From: a virus | Taxonomy: Duplodnaviria > Caudoviricetes | Length of the DNA stretch: 64,000 nucleotides | Strand: one strand, 5' to 3' | Virus record (IMG/VR): IMGVR_UViG_3300020576_004326 | Location: 1-64,000 of that record | Part shown: positions 45,891 to 55,070 of the stretch, in pieces | Layout of the letters: each line of letters begins with the position of its first letter | Numbering within the stretch: the first letter of the stretch is position 1 | Made by a program: the position numbers and the translations under genes | Notes under the pieces: generated by a model | Told to the model about the DNA's origin: nothing | Database searches by the model: none | What the model saw: the letters and a program-made list of their open reading frames with translations, nothing else

Positions 45891-47004
45891 TCGAATAATG
45901 AGCGCCTCCACTGAGTAATCGGTGAAGCAAACTCTGCTAAACGGGGAACGGTCACCGACCCAATCCCGTGCTAAACTTCGTCCAGACGTGCTTTTAGGAT
46001 TCGCGTTCAAAGTAAACTTCTCCTATAGGGGAGAAGCACGATGGCCGTGACTTACATAATAGAACACGTCGGTAGTGGCAAATTCTACGTCGGCAGCACA
46101 GGTAAACCGCATCTTAGGTTTGACCGTCATTGGCGAGCACTTAGAAGTGGTGCACACCACTGCATACGCCTTCAACGTCTGTGGAATAGATGCGCTGGTG
46201 AAGGGTTCAAGATAAAAGTCTTGCGCCGTGATTCGCTAGAACGCTGTCGTGCGTTAGAGGGGCGATACCTTTCATCGTCGAAAATACGCAATAGGTTGCT
46301 TAACAGCAGCTTATCAATCGCGTACGGAGACACGACGGGTAATCATCCCGAGAAGCAGAAAATCATCGCGAAGCGCAGCGCTGCTGCTCGCGCCGTTAAC
46401 GCCAAACTTTCACCAGAAGAGCGTGCAGCAATGCATAGACGTCCTGGTGCACAGAACGGAATGTACGGCAAGAAGCACTCTCGTAAATCTCTTGCGATGA
46501 TGAGTAGAGCAAACAAAGGTAACTCGTATGCTGCGGGATCGGTACGGTCTGCAGAAACTCGCGCCAGACTATCTAAGGTCGCGCAAGAGCGAGTCGGGAA
46601 ACTAAACGGGTTCTTCGGTAAGCATCATAGTGCAGAAACCAAAGAGCGCATACGTCAGAAGAAAATTGGGCACCGCCCCACCAATCTTCGTCCCGTCAAA
46701 GTAGGTAAGCAGCGCTTTGATAGCGTCGCCGATGCCGCTAGATACCTCAATGTTGTCTCCGCCACGGTACTTTACCGTATAAAGGCGCGTAGCGCCAAGT
46801 ATGCTTCTTACCGCTATCTGGACGAATAAATGCCTAACGACTATCGAAACCGTTCCTATCAGGAACAGGGAGTAGAGTAGGGCCAAGCGGCTCGAAATGC
46901 AGAGGGTCCCTTCGGGATCGTGATATAGTCTGATCTGTGCGGCAACGTACAGCAGTTCTCGAAAGAGAACGGAGACGGCTTAGCGAACCGTCTTGAACAT
47001 ATTG
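45891..47004 (+). ncRNA. Group I intron in thyA
   Basis: Exon ends in U and intron ends in G; P4 aacggggaa/aatcccgtg; P3 ctctgc/gcagag; P7 gacta/tagtc (GATATAGTC S element); splicing restores YQR|SADVFLGVPFN. Confidence 0.9.
46041..46829 (+). mobile_element. Intron-encoded GIY-YIG endonuclease with NUMOD3 repeats
   Basis: VTYII...FYVGS; G.KHS repeats; enclosed by the 10-bp stem ttcgtccaga/tctggacgaa. Confidence 0.9.
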
Positions 47005-47310
47005 TCAGCCGACGTGTTCCTGGGCGTCCCCTTCAACATCGCCAGCTACGCCATGCTACTGATGATAATGGCGCGGTGCGCGGGGCCGAAGTACGCCGTG
47101 GGCGAGTTCGTGCACTCTTTCGGAGACGTGCACGTGTACACGAATCACGAAGAGCAGGTGCGAACCCAGCTCTCGCGCGCGCCCCGGCGCGGCCCTCGCG
47201 TGTCGCTGGCGCTCTCGGAGAACGCCAAGCCCTGGGACTTCACGCACGAGAAGGTACTAGTCGCAGACTACGCTCCGTGGCCCACTATTGCTGCACCCGT
47301 AGCAATTTAG
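47005..47310 (+). CDS. thyA: Thymidylate synthase, exon 2
   Basis: SADVFLGVPFNIASY, GDVHVYTNH. Confidence 0.92.
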   Translation, partial: SADVFLGVPFNIASYAMLLMIMARCAGPKYAVGEFVHSFGDVHVYTNHEEQVRTQLSRAPRRGPRVSLALSENAKPWDFTHEKVLVADYAPWPTIAAPVAI

Positions 47311-47488
47311 CTACCTCTCGTCGATCTTTAGTATACCAACGACTAGGGAGACGGTATCTCACGCCTTGTGCGTTGAACACCAAGGTAAGCAGTCGGTAAC
47401 CTGCATGCTTAACAGCTTTAGCCTTTGCTGACGTTCTAGCATAAATCGCATCGTCCGTCAACCCCAAAAACTCGTCCGTGGCCGGCGA
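47285..47488 (-). pseudogene. C-terminal relic of a PD-(D/E)xK homing endonuclease
   Basis: FLGLTDDAIYARTSAKAKAVKHAGYRLL resembles the tails of 4143..5189 and 17765..18862; AT-rich; in-frame stop upstream. Confidence 0.65.
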
Positions 47489-47511
47489 TCAAGGCGGACG
47501 TTGCGGTATGA
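47476..47511 (+). pseudogene. Stranded original 3' end of thyA
   Basis: PWPAIKADVAV* versus the functional end PWPTIAAPVAI*. Confidence 0.75.
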
Positions 47512-47530
47512 CTTACAGGGGAGAAGAAGC

Positions 47531-47842
47531 ATGAAGTGCCCGAAGTGCGGCGCAGACGTCTCCGAGTCGCTGGAGGAAGACGACCCTTCCTGCGGCATCG
47601 TCGGCGGATACTACTGCGACGCTTGCGACCTGCCGATACCCTACGAGTACGAGCCGCACGACGACGACGTAGACGTGTTCTTCGTCGACAGGGAGTGGCG
47701 GGATAAGATCGCGACCGACCCCGACGCCGCCTACGCACGCGACCGCCCGCTCGGGACGCCTATCTCCGAGATTTCTACGCGGCCCGGTGAACCGGGCTAC
47801 GAGGAGTGGATTCGCATATCCAAGTCGTGGGGTTACGACTAG
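47531..47842 (+). CDS. Zn-ribbon hypothetical protein
   Basis: CPKC...CDAC; ggag RBS. Confidence 0.6.
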   Translation: MKCPKCGADVSESLEEDDPSCGIVGGYYCDACDLPIPYEYEPHDDDVDVFFVDREWRDKIATDPDAAYARDRPLGTPISEISTRPGEPGYEEWIRISKSWGYD

Positions 47843-47858
47843 AAGAAACGAGAGGCAC

Positions 47859-48263
47859 ATGATCATCAGCCTGATAGCCGCCGTGGGCAAGCACGGACAG
47901 ATAGGCCTGAAAGGCGAGTTGCCCTGGCGCGACGAGGCCGACATGGAGTGGTTCTCGAACTGCACCGAGAACGGCCTCGTAGTCGTCGGTAAGCGCACGG
48001 CTCCCTCGATGGGCAGAGTTCACGGCTCTCGCGGCAGGTTCCTCTACGTGCCGACGCGCGACGACACCCGCACCTCGCTTATCGCCCTCGCCGAGAGCGT
48101 CTACTGCAAGTCGGTATGGATCGCTGGCGGGGCGATGCTGTACGACTCGTGGATGCACCGCGTCGACCGCGTGCTCGTGTCGCGCGTGAACTACGACGGA
48201 CCTGCAGACGCCTGGATGCCCGACCTGTCGTGGTCCCCGTTCGCCGTGGCACGAGGAACTTGA
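47859..48263 (+). CDS. folA: Dihydrofolate reductase
   Basis: LIAAVG..GQIG..GELPW..EADM, VVVGKRT, WIAGGAMLY. Confidence 0.88.
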   Translation: MIISLIAAVGKHGQIGLKGELPWRDEADMEWFSNCTENGLVVVGKRTAPSMGRVHGSRGRFLYVPTRDDTRTSLIALAESVYCKSVWIAGGAMLYDSWMHRVDRVLVSRVNYDGPADAWMPDLSWSPFAVARGT

Positions 48264-48316
48264 CCAATTATGTCGCAGTCGCCCGCTGAGGCGTCAGAGT
48301 AAAAGAGAGAACGACG

Positions 48317-48541
48317 ATGAACGACGTAAAGTTCGCCGACATGTCTGTAGGCGACGCGGTGATCTTCCAGAAGCCCCCGATGCGCGGAGCCCCCGTATCG
48401 GGGCGCGTCACCGAGCTAACCCGCATGCAGGTTACGTATCGCGACGACTGGGGTACTACTACGACGCTCCGCCGCGCCAGCCTCGTGTGCGACTCGCGAG
48501 TGCGCATCGAGGGCGGCAAGTGGAGCTGGACCTTCGTTTAA
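48317..48541 (+). CDS. Small hypothetical protein
   Basis: 74 aa, purine-rich RBS. Confidence 0.5.
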   Translation: MNDVKFADMSVGDAVIFQKPPMRGAPVSGRVTELTRMQVTYRDDWGTTTTLRRASLVCDSRVRIEGGKWSWTFV

Positions 48542-48552
48542 GGAGAGAGAGC

Positions 48553-48849
48553 ATGGACGTAGCAGCGAAGAGCAAGCGGGTAGAACTCGGCGACGAGGTG
48601 CGCGACACGATCTCTGGTTTCAGAGGAGTGTGCTCGGGCATGTTCCGGTACATCAACGGCTGCACCCGCTGCATGGTCGAGCCTCGCAAGCTGCACGACG
48701 GAAAGGTGATCGACGCGGTCACGTTCGACGTCTCTCAGCTAGTCGTCGTGAAGAAGGCCGTCGTGCCCGTCTTCTCGGGAGCGGAGCAGGGACCCGGCGG
48801 ACCGCGCGCCAACCCGCCGACGCGCGCCACGCCGAGCCGCAGCCGCTGA
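48553..48849 (+). CDS. Conserved-looking phage hypothetical protein
   Basis: LGDEVRDTISGFRG...YINGC pattern; aggag RBS. Confidence 0.6.
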   Translation: MDVAAKSKRVELGDEVRDTISGFRGVCSGMFRYINGCTRCMVEPRKLHDGKVIDAVTFDVSQLVVVKKAVVPVFSGAEQGPGGPRANPPTRATPSRSR

Positions 48850-48973
48850 TGGAGACGGCCTGCAGCGAACTGCCTGCAGCGGTGCGCATCGTCATGAGAA
48901 GCACCGCCGTTACGTCGGTGCATTTCTACGATACGCACCCCGAGCCGCACAAAGCGTCGCACCGTCGCTCGAC

Positions 48974-49480
48974 GTGGCGACCGTGGCCGCTAGACTGCAC
49001 GAAGCGGCAGGCTCGGAGGCGAGGGCTGCTTCGGTGCCCGTAGCCTTCGTCGGCGAAGCACCCGGCCCGCGCGACACGACGTCAAGGACCCCGCTATGGA
49101 GCCTCAGGAAGAGCTCGGCGGGGTATCGTCTGAGAGCCATGACGGGGCTAGACCGCGCGTCGTGGATACGCCGCGTGCCCAAGTTCAACCTCGTGCCCTA
49201 CCGCGTTACGCGCTGGCCGCGAGAGTTCGCGGAGCAGCAGGCTCAGAACCTCTGCTCGTCGCTGCTTCGCGACTACGACTTGATCCTCTGCGGGCGCAAG
49301 GTAGCGCGGGCGTTCGGCGTACCCGCGAAGCAGCCGTGGCTTACGTGGACGAAGTCGCCCTGGGGACCGCACGTAGTCGTGATACCTCACCCCTCCGGCC
49401 TGTGCCGCGAGTACAACGACCCCGCGTTCGTCAGGCGCGCGTCTCGCTTCTTAAAGCGGGTCCTGAGAGAATACAGGTAA
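48974..49480 (+). CDS. Uracil-DNA glycosylase superfamily protein
   Basis: FVGEAPG, ILCGRKV..AF, VIPHPSG motifs; start uncertain. Confidence 0.75.
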   Translation: MATVAARLHEAAGSEARAASVPVAFVGEAPGPRDTTSRTPLWSLRKSSAGYRLRAMTGLDRASWIRRVPKFNLVPYRVTRWPREFAEQQAQNLCSSLLRDYDLILCGRKVARAFGVPAKQPWLTWTKSPWGPHVVVIPHPSGLCREYNDPAFVRRASRFLKRVLREYR

Positions 49481-49491
49481 GGGCAGCTCCT

Positions 49492-50322
49492 ATGAGTAAG
49501 AAGATAGCAGGAGTTTACCTTATCAAGTGGGCCCAAAGCGATAGTTTCTACATAGGGTCTTCAATTAACGTCGTCCGTAGAATAAGCGAACACTTTCACG
49601 CGCTGCGCCGAGGAAAGCACTATAATATCGCGCTAACTGCCGCCTACAGAAAGTATGGCGACACCATGACGTACTACGTCTTACAGACTATAACCAGCAG
49701 AAGGGCTTACCATAAGCCGTACGTTCTGCACGATCTAGAACAAGATTGGATAGACGACCTCGATCCAAAATACAATAGAACTAATGAAGTTAGAGCCCCA
49801 TCCAGAGACCCTAGAGTTGCGCTGCGAATCTCTAGATCGCTTAAGGGTCGCCCGCTATCTACCGAAGCGCGAGAGAACTTGAGCAGAGCCTTAGTAGGGC
49901 GTAAATTATCTGCAGATCACAAGAGAGCCATATCTAGAGGTCTTATCGGAAGAGAAATGTCTGCAGATACTCGCAGATCTATAGGAAATGCCAATAGAGG
50001 AAGAACAGTATTTCCAGAGCACCGCGATAAGATTAGAGCAGCGCTTACTGGCTACAAGCATACGCCAGAAGCGCGAGCAAATATGAGCTCGGGCCAACGC
50101 GGTAAAGTGCTGTCCCCGGAGCACGTAGAGAAGATACGCAAACGAAATACAGGATCTTACAAACTGTCTTCAGATCAATTGGTCAAGGCACGATCTCTAT
50201 TCGCAAGATTGAGAGGGTCTGAGCGCAGCAGACTTTTACGGATAGCAGACGACTTCGGCGTTTCTTTTTCTACCGCAAGAAACGTAGTTCGCATGGTAGG
50301 ACCATACAGGAGAATAAAATGA
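49492..50322 (+). mobile_element. Free-standing GIY-YIG homing endonuclease with about six NUMOD3-like repeats
   Basis: GVYLI...FYIGSS...RRISEH; repeated G..LS.E.R..IS units; AT-rich. Confidence 0.88.
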
Positions 50323-51137
50323 AAATTAAAATAAGCCCTAAGACCATGGCGGACTTGAAAGCCGCGAGTTACAACCCTAGGTCGATAACGGATCGACAGC
50401 TAGACGCTATGGTCAAGTCGTACATGAAGTTCGGCGATCTTTCCGGTATTACGATGAACGTCCGTACCGGGAATCTAGTCGGCGGGCACCAGCGCACGAC
50501 GATCTTCAAGAAGCACGGCAAGAAGTCGAGCATCGTCAAGAAGCCCTACTCCGACAAGTACGGCACCGTCAGCGTCGGCTACGTAGACGTGGTCGTGAAG
50601 AGAGACGGCAACTCGTCGGTGATCCGCATCCCCTACCGCGAGGTGAAGTGGGACGCAGACACGGAGAAGGCGGCGAACATCGCGGCCAACGCGGCGGGCG
50701 GCGACTTCGACCTCGTCAAGCTCGGCAAGGTGCTCAAGGAGCTGGAGGACCGCAAGTTCTCTATCGAAGACGTCCCGATCGACCCGTGGATGCACCGCAA
50801 GTCTATCGCCATGTTCGAGTCGAACAATCGCCGCGCCGCCGAGGGCGTAGACCAGGACGGCGAGTTCGCCGTAATTAGCCCTGACGCCGTCGAGGCGAGC
50901 CTGGAGCACTGCTGCCCCAAGTGCGGGCACCGCTGGTCGGGCTCTACGAAGGTGTCGAAGGCGTCGGCGGGCAGCGGCCGCACGCGCGCCAAGGGGCCCG
51001 CGAAGCGCGTCTCGGTCGACAAAGACGCGAAGGTCGTCGGCAAGAAGGGCAAGGTCAGCAAGACGAAGTCGCAGGCCAAGCCCGACCCGAAGCGCAAGCC
51101 GAAGGCTGCGACCAAGGGTAAGAAGGGCAAGAAGTGA
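50319..51137 (+). CDS. ParB/Srx-like domain protein with Zn ribbon and Lys-rich tail
   Basis: LK.ASYNPR.I, NLVGGHQR, NIAAN...GDFD, CPKCGHRW. Confidence 0.78.
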   Translation: MKIKISPKTMADLKAASYNPRSITDRQLDAMVKSYMKFGDLSGITMNVRTGNLVGGHQRTTIFKKHGKKSSIVKKPYSDKYGTVSVGYVDVVVKRDGNSSVIRIPYREVKWDADTEKAANIAANAAGGDFDLVKLGKVLKELEDRKFSIEDVPIDPWMHRKSIAMFESNNRRAAEGVDQDGEFAVISPDAVEASLEHCCPKCGHRWSGSTKVSKASAGSGRTRAKGPAKRVSVDKDAKVVGKKGKVSKTKSQAKPDPKRKPKAATKGKKGKK

Positions 51138-51164
51138 CCACCACCTAACTCGCGGGGTTTCGAC

Positions 51165-51872
51165 GTGGACGACTCTGAAATCGACTTCTCTAGCATCGAG
51201 TGGGGCGACGAGCTAGAGCGCGCCGTCCGCTCCGCGTCCAGGGCAGACGTGTCTGCCGCGCGGTCGCTGTGGGGGCGCACGGGCGGCAACAGCCCCCGCG
51301 TCCGCACCAGCGTCGTGTTCCGCAACGACTTCGCCCGGTGGCTCATCGAGCGCGGTCCTCGCTACTCGGTCAACCTCGATCCCACCGGGCTGCACATGCG
51401 CGTGACGCCCAACAACGAGGGCGGCAAGTTCGAGGTCACCGAGTTCAAGTCGGTAGCCATACTGCGCCTGGGGTTCATCGAGCGCCTTCCCAACACGACG
51501 TTCGAGTCGGCCGACTTCTCGGTGCGCGTTGTGGAGAGCGACTCTCCGTTCCTCGTCGTGTCGTTCGACAAGGAGTGGCTCAACGGCAAGCAGCTGCTGC
51601 TCCCGCCGCCGAAGCGCGAGACGAAGGTCGAGGACGGCATACCCGCGGGCATTCGCAAGGTGCTCAACGTGCTCACCACCAACGACTCGATCTCTCACGG
51701 CTACCTCCCCACTCTGCTAGAGATGCAGCGCGAAGACGTGCGCAAGTGGGTAGACGCTACGGAGCAGTGGCTCGCTGGCCTCAAGCCGCCGATCAAGCTC
51801 AACAACCAGAAGTACTCGTACTTCTTAGCGCGCGGGGACGCCGAGCGCGTGCGCAAGTTGCTGGAGGGCTGA
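51165..51872 (+). CDS. Hypothetical protein
   Basis: 235 aa, typical codon usage. Confidence 0.6.
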   Translation: MDDSEIDFSSIEWGDELERAVRSASRADVSAARSLWGRTGGNSPRVRTSVVFRNDFARWLIERGPRYSVNLDPTGLHMRVTPNNEGGKFEVTEFKSVAILRLGFIERLPNTTFESADFSVRVVESDSPFLVVSFDKEWLNGKQLLLPPPKRETKVEDGIPAGIRKVLNVLTTNDSISHGYLPTLLEMQREDVRKWVDATEQWLAGLKPPIKLNNQKYSYFLARGDAERVRKLLEG

Positions 51873-51875
51873 GCG

Positions 51876-52106
51876 ATGGCGAGAGACGACTTGTACGAGG
51901 CCCGGTATGGGGTTCGCCGCTGCTGGTGCGGGAGGAAAGATTGCTCCCGCTGGTGCGTAGGTGACTTCGTGCAGGGCACCATCGAGGCCTCGCTTACCGA
52001 GCGCCAGGCCAGAGCCGTCTCCTTCGTTCTCAACGCCATGTCGGGCGACGACCCCTGCGCGCTCACCGTCACCACCGCAGGCACCACCAAGACCACCACC
52101 CTGTAG
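51876..52106 (+). CDS. Small hypothetical protein
   Basis: ggagg RBS; CWC...C..WC. Confidence 0.45.
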   Translation: MARDDLYEARYGVRRCWCGRKDCSRWCVGDFVQGTIEASLTERQARAVSFVLNAMSGDDPCALTVTTAGTTKTTTL

Positions 52107-52119
52107 GAGAGAGCGAGCG

Positions 52120-52608
52120 ATGTACAAGCCCAAGGCGATATTCACCGTCGGCGCCCCGCGTAGCGGAAAGACTACGTGGGCCAGGCTGTACCAGCAGACT
52201 CACGAGCGCACCGCCCTCCTGTCGCTCGACGATCTGCGTGTAACGCTCTGCGGCTCCAAGCGCGCCTACCACGACGAAGTGGGCGACGATCCCGGACACC
52301 CGCTGCGGACTGCACTCAACGAGCTGCACGATCACGCGCTATCGTACCTCCTCGCGCGCTGCATGACCGTAGTCGTGCACAACACGCACCTCACGCGCTG
52401 GAACATAGATCGGAGCCTGTGCACGAGCTACGTGCTGCGCGCGGAGACCGAGTTCGTAGTGTTCGACAGGACGATAGAAGAACTTCGCAGTCGCAACGCG
52501 TCTTGCCCTCCAGAAGACGCCGTACCCGACGGTGTGCTGATGAGAATGCACGACCAGATGCAGAGCGCCGACGCGTGGTGGAGGAGCGTTACTCACCGCA
52601 CAGCGTAG
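52120..52608 (+). CDS. Polynucleotide-kinase-like P-loop protein (AAA_33)
   Basis: VGAPRSGKTTWAR, SLDDLR, VHNTHL, RNA.....VP..V...M. Confidence 0.78.
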   Translation: MYKPKAIFTVGAPRSGKTTWARLYQQTHERTALLSLDDLRVTLCGSKRAYHDEVGDDPGHPLRTALNELHDHALSYLLARCMTVVVHNTHLTRWNIDRSLCTSYVLRAETEFVVFDRTIEELRSRNASCPPEDAVPDGVLMRMHDQMQSADAWWRSVTHRTA

Positions 52609-52633
52609 CGCAGCAGACAGAGAGGCGAGAGCC

Positions 52634-53047
52634 GTGCGCTACCGAGAAGATACGAACCGCGTTCAGAAGCGCCTCGCCGCTGGCCAGAAGTGCCCGTACT
52701 GCAAGCGTGAGATGCGGCTAGAGCCCGACCCTGCGTGCGAGCTGTCGCCTACGATCGACCACGTCGTGACGCAGGGCCGCGGAGGAAAGAGCAACCCCGA
52801 GAACCTGCTGTGGTCGTGCAGGCGCTGCAACAACCTTCGCGGTTCTGTTCCCTACGATGTGTTCGTCGCGTTCTCGCGCTACGTGCTGATACAGTTCCCC
52901 AACCACCCCGCCGCCTTCCTCCGAAACGCCCTCCGAGAGTTCGTCTACTGGCTGGCGTTCGCCGCGCTGGGAAAGAAGGACGGCGTGAACCACGCGGTGC
53001 GCATGAGCCTGCTGCAGCTGGCCGGAGACATGGAGAACGCGAAGTGA
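52634..53047 (+). CDS. HNH endonuclease domain protein
   Basis: CPYC...TIDHVV..GRGG.S...NL..SCRRCNN.RG; genome-typical GC. Confidence 0.82.
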   Translation: MRYREDTNRVQKRLAAGQKCPYCKREMRLEPDPACELSPTIDHVVTQGRGGKSNPENLLWSCRRCNNLRGSVPYDVFVAFSRYVLIQFPNHPAAFLRNALREFVYWLAFAALGKKDGVNHAVRMSLLQLAGDMENAK

Positions 53048-53049
53048 GT

Positions 53050-53367
53050 ATGCAGACGACGCTCGACACCACACCTGAGATAGAGAGGCTGTTCGCCGAC
53101 TGGCGGAGAGCAGTCGAGAGAGTGACAGAGAACGTATCGGCGCAGAACGTCACTCTTCTGTGCATTCCTCCCAAGTACGCGAAGCACAGTCGCGGGTGGA
53201 GGATACACGGTATGACGAAGCGCCAGTGGCGCCGCGTCCGACACCTCGCTACTATGCATACGTTCGACGACGTGTACCTCGAGAGGTGTCCCGAGTTCAC
53301 AGAGTCGGGTATGGTAAACGTCGAGTTCTCCTGCGAGAATATGACGTCACGGCGTGTGCGGCCGTGA
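53050..53367 (+). CDS. Hypothetical protein
   Basis: 105 aa, packed. Confidence 0.45.
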   Translation: MQTTLDTTPEIERLFADWRRAVERVTENVSAQNVTLLCIPPKYAKHSRGWRIHGMTKRQWRRVRHLATMHTFDDVYLERCPEFTESGMVNVEFSCENMTSRRVRP

Positions 53368-54005
53368 AGAACACCGCCGTACTTGCGGGACTAGACATAG
53401 ACTTCGCTGCGGTAGAGCGCGTCGCACAATCTTGGAGAACCGCTATGTGGTTGACGATCGGTGAACTGGTAACGAAATTCGAGAAGGCAGCGGAGCCCGA
53501 CCGAGAGCTAGACGTGCTGGCACACGTCGCGCTGTTCGGCGGGTTCGACTTCAACCTGGGTCAGGCCAGCGGCAACGTGGGAGGTATCAAATACTCGACG
53601 CGCGGCCTGAACCTCAAGCAGTTCGTAGAGAAGCACCCCAAGCTGTTTATCGAGGGAGCCATCTTCTACAACGTACCCCAGCTGTCGTCTTCGCTAGAGG
53701 CGTGCCACAAGCTACAGACGGCTATGTTCCCCTCGTGCATGGTGAGCGGACACTTCGCTCCGACGGGCGGAATATCCCGAGCGCAGCTGGTTCACGTTCG
53801 CGGCGTAGCGATCGGTCGAGAGTGCGCCGCAAGATCGCCCACTCTCGCGTGGGCAGCAGCTATCCTAGCGGCGGCCTCGATAGACGAGAAGGCTGCCCAC
53901 GACAGGTTCAAGGAGAAGATCGATGAAGCGGAGAACGCCCTCAAGGCTCACGGTGGATCGCAGGTCGTTCTTGGCGGGAACCGAGGCGTCGACCCTACTG
54001 TCTAG
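53364..54005 (+). CDS. Hypothetical protein
   Basis: GTGA overlap with the upstream stop. Confidence 0.5.
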   Translation: MKNTAVLAGLDIDFAAVERVAQSWRTAMWLTIGELVTKFEKAAEPDRELDVLAHVALFGGFDFNLGQASGNVGGIKYSTRGLNLKQFVEKHPKLFIEGAIFYNVPQLSSSLEACHKLQTAMFPSCMVSGHFAPTGGISRAQLVHVRGVAIGRECAARSPTLAWAAAILAAASIDEKAAHDRFKEKIDEAENALKAHGGSQVVLGGNRGVDPTV

Positions 54006-54207
54006 CGTAGCTCTTCCCGCTACAGCTATACGGCCCGGCCCCCTCAGCGTAACGCTGCCGTCATCAGCTGCAGTACCGCTGGGTACGTCGTTCACGATCA
54101 AGTCGCTGGCGGACTCTACGTTCGTGCTATACGCAGGAGACAGAAAGATCGAGCTGGGCAAGGCTCAGGCGATCACCGTCCAGAACAGAGAAGGAAACTG
54201 GAGATGA
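53923..54207 (+). CDS. Hypothetical protein
   Basis: 94 aa; overlaps upstream ORF, start uncertain. Confidence 0.35.
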   Translation: MKRRTPSRLTVDRRSFLAGTEASTLLSSVALPATAIRPGPLSVTLPSSAAVPLGTSFTIKSLADSTFVLYAGDRKIELGKAQAITVQNREGNWR

Positions 54208-55070
54208 CCGAAGACGCTAAGGGCCTGAGCTGCGCGGCTCGTGCCGAACTCCTTAGAGAGACTGTCGATGCCTACCTCGACGCCCACGATCTAGGCACCA
54301 GCCTCTCACTGAGAATAGACGAATGCTCTTTCGGTCGAGAGGCACTTGCCGCGTGCCTCGAAGAGGCCAAGAGTGCGGGAGACCTCTTCGGCGTCGCCAT
54401 CGCGACCGAGCTGCTTTCCCTCCCCGACGATGTTCTGACGGTGGCCTCCGACTGCGGCCTCAGCGCTGCACTTGATCGCTGGGTGGAGGCTACGGAGCCG
54501 CAATCTGCGTCGCCGAGTTTCTCTCTACCGCCGACTAACGGTCTCACGTGGCTTCCGCCCATCCTGCGCTATCACGAGATAGTAGACTCGTTCGAGAGGG
54601 AACCCCTTTTCGTAGGCGACGAGCTGATAGTAGGCAAGGGGCTGGAGGTAAGCGAGATAATACACCCCGCCGACGACCAGCGCCACCCTGCGTTTGCAAT
54701 CATAGATTGGTTCGCAGTCGGTCTGTCGAAGTTCGCAGTTCTCCGTCAGCCTGTCGGCATCGTGCTCCCCTTGCCGAGGAACCATCCCGGAGTAGCCGTC
54801 CAAGAATTCTGCGCGACGATTCGATACGAGTCGAACCCTATGCTCGGAAAATATCGTCATAAGTTTGCGGCCGTGTACGGGATACTACAGGAGGCTGTTC
54901 TACCCTCGAAGTCTACGGTGGCGACCAAGCCCGTGGCTTTCCTGACTCACCTCGGGTGGTACGACGGCTACGTGCAGTCGATAGGCTGGGACGGAGAGAC
55001 TAACACGTTCACCGTCATCGGCGGAGTACGCAAGCGCGCCAAGACAGAACAGCTGGAGACCGCGCGGTGA
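54204..55070 (+). CDS. Hypothetical protein
   Basis: 288 aa, ATGA overlap. Confidence 0.55.
   Translation: MTEDAKGLSCAARAELLRETVDAYLDAHDLGTSLSLRIDECSFGREALAACLEEAKSAGDLFGVAIATELLSLPDDVLTVASDCGLSAALDRWVEATEPQSASPSFSLPPTNGLTWLPPILRYHEIVDSFEREPLFVGDELIVGKGLEVSEIIHPADDQRHPAFAIIDWFAVGLSKFAVLRQPVGIVLPLPRNHPGVAVQEFCATIRYESNPMLGKYRHKFAAVYGILQEAVLPSKSTVATKPVAFLTHLGWYDGYVQSIGWDGETNTFTVIGGVRKRAKTEQLETAR

Noticed and set aside
45210-47310. thyA as a broken pseudogene
   Set aside because: Group I core elements and correct U/G splice junctions restore a continuous ThyA.
49096-50322. Apparent 408-aa fusion ahead of the GIY-YIG domain in the ORF track
   Set aside because: The first 132 codons are an alternative frame over the UDG-like gene; the endonuclease plausibly starts at ATG 49492, where GC drops.
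49470-50330. Duplicated gene end around the GIY-YIG gene at 49492, and around the HNH at 29196
   Set aside because: No convincing duplicated peptide was found on either side, so these were not counted among the six swaps.
52634-53047. HNH ORF as another mobile homing endonuclease
   Set aside because: It has genome-typical GC and codon usage, a short Zn-HNH type domain and no flanking duplication; more likely a resident gene.
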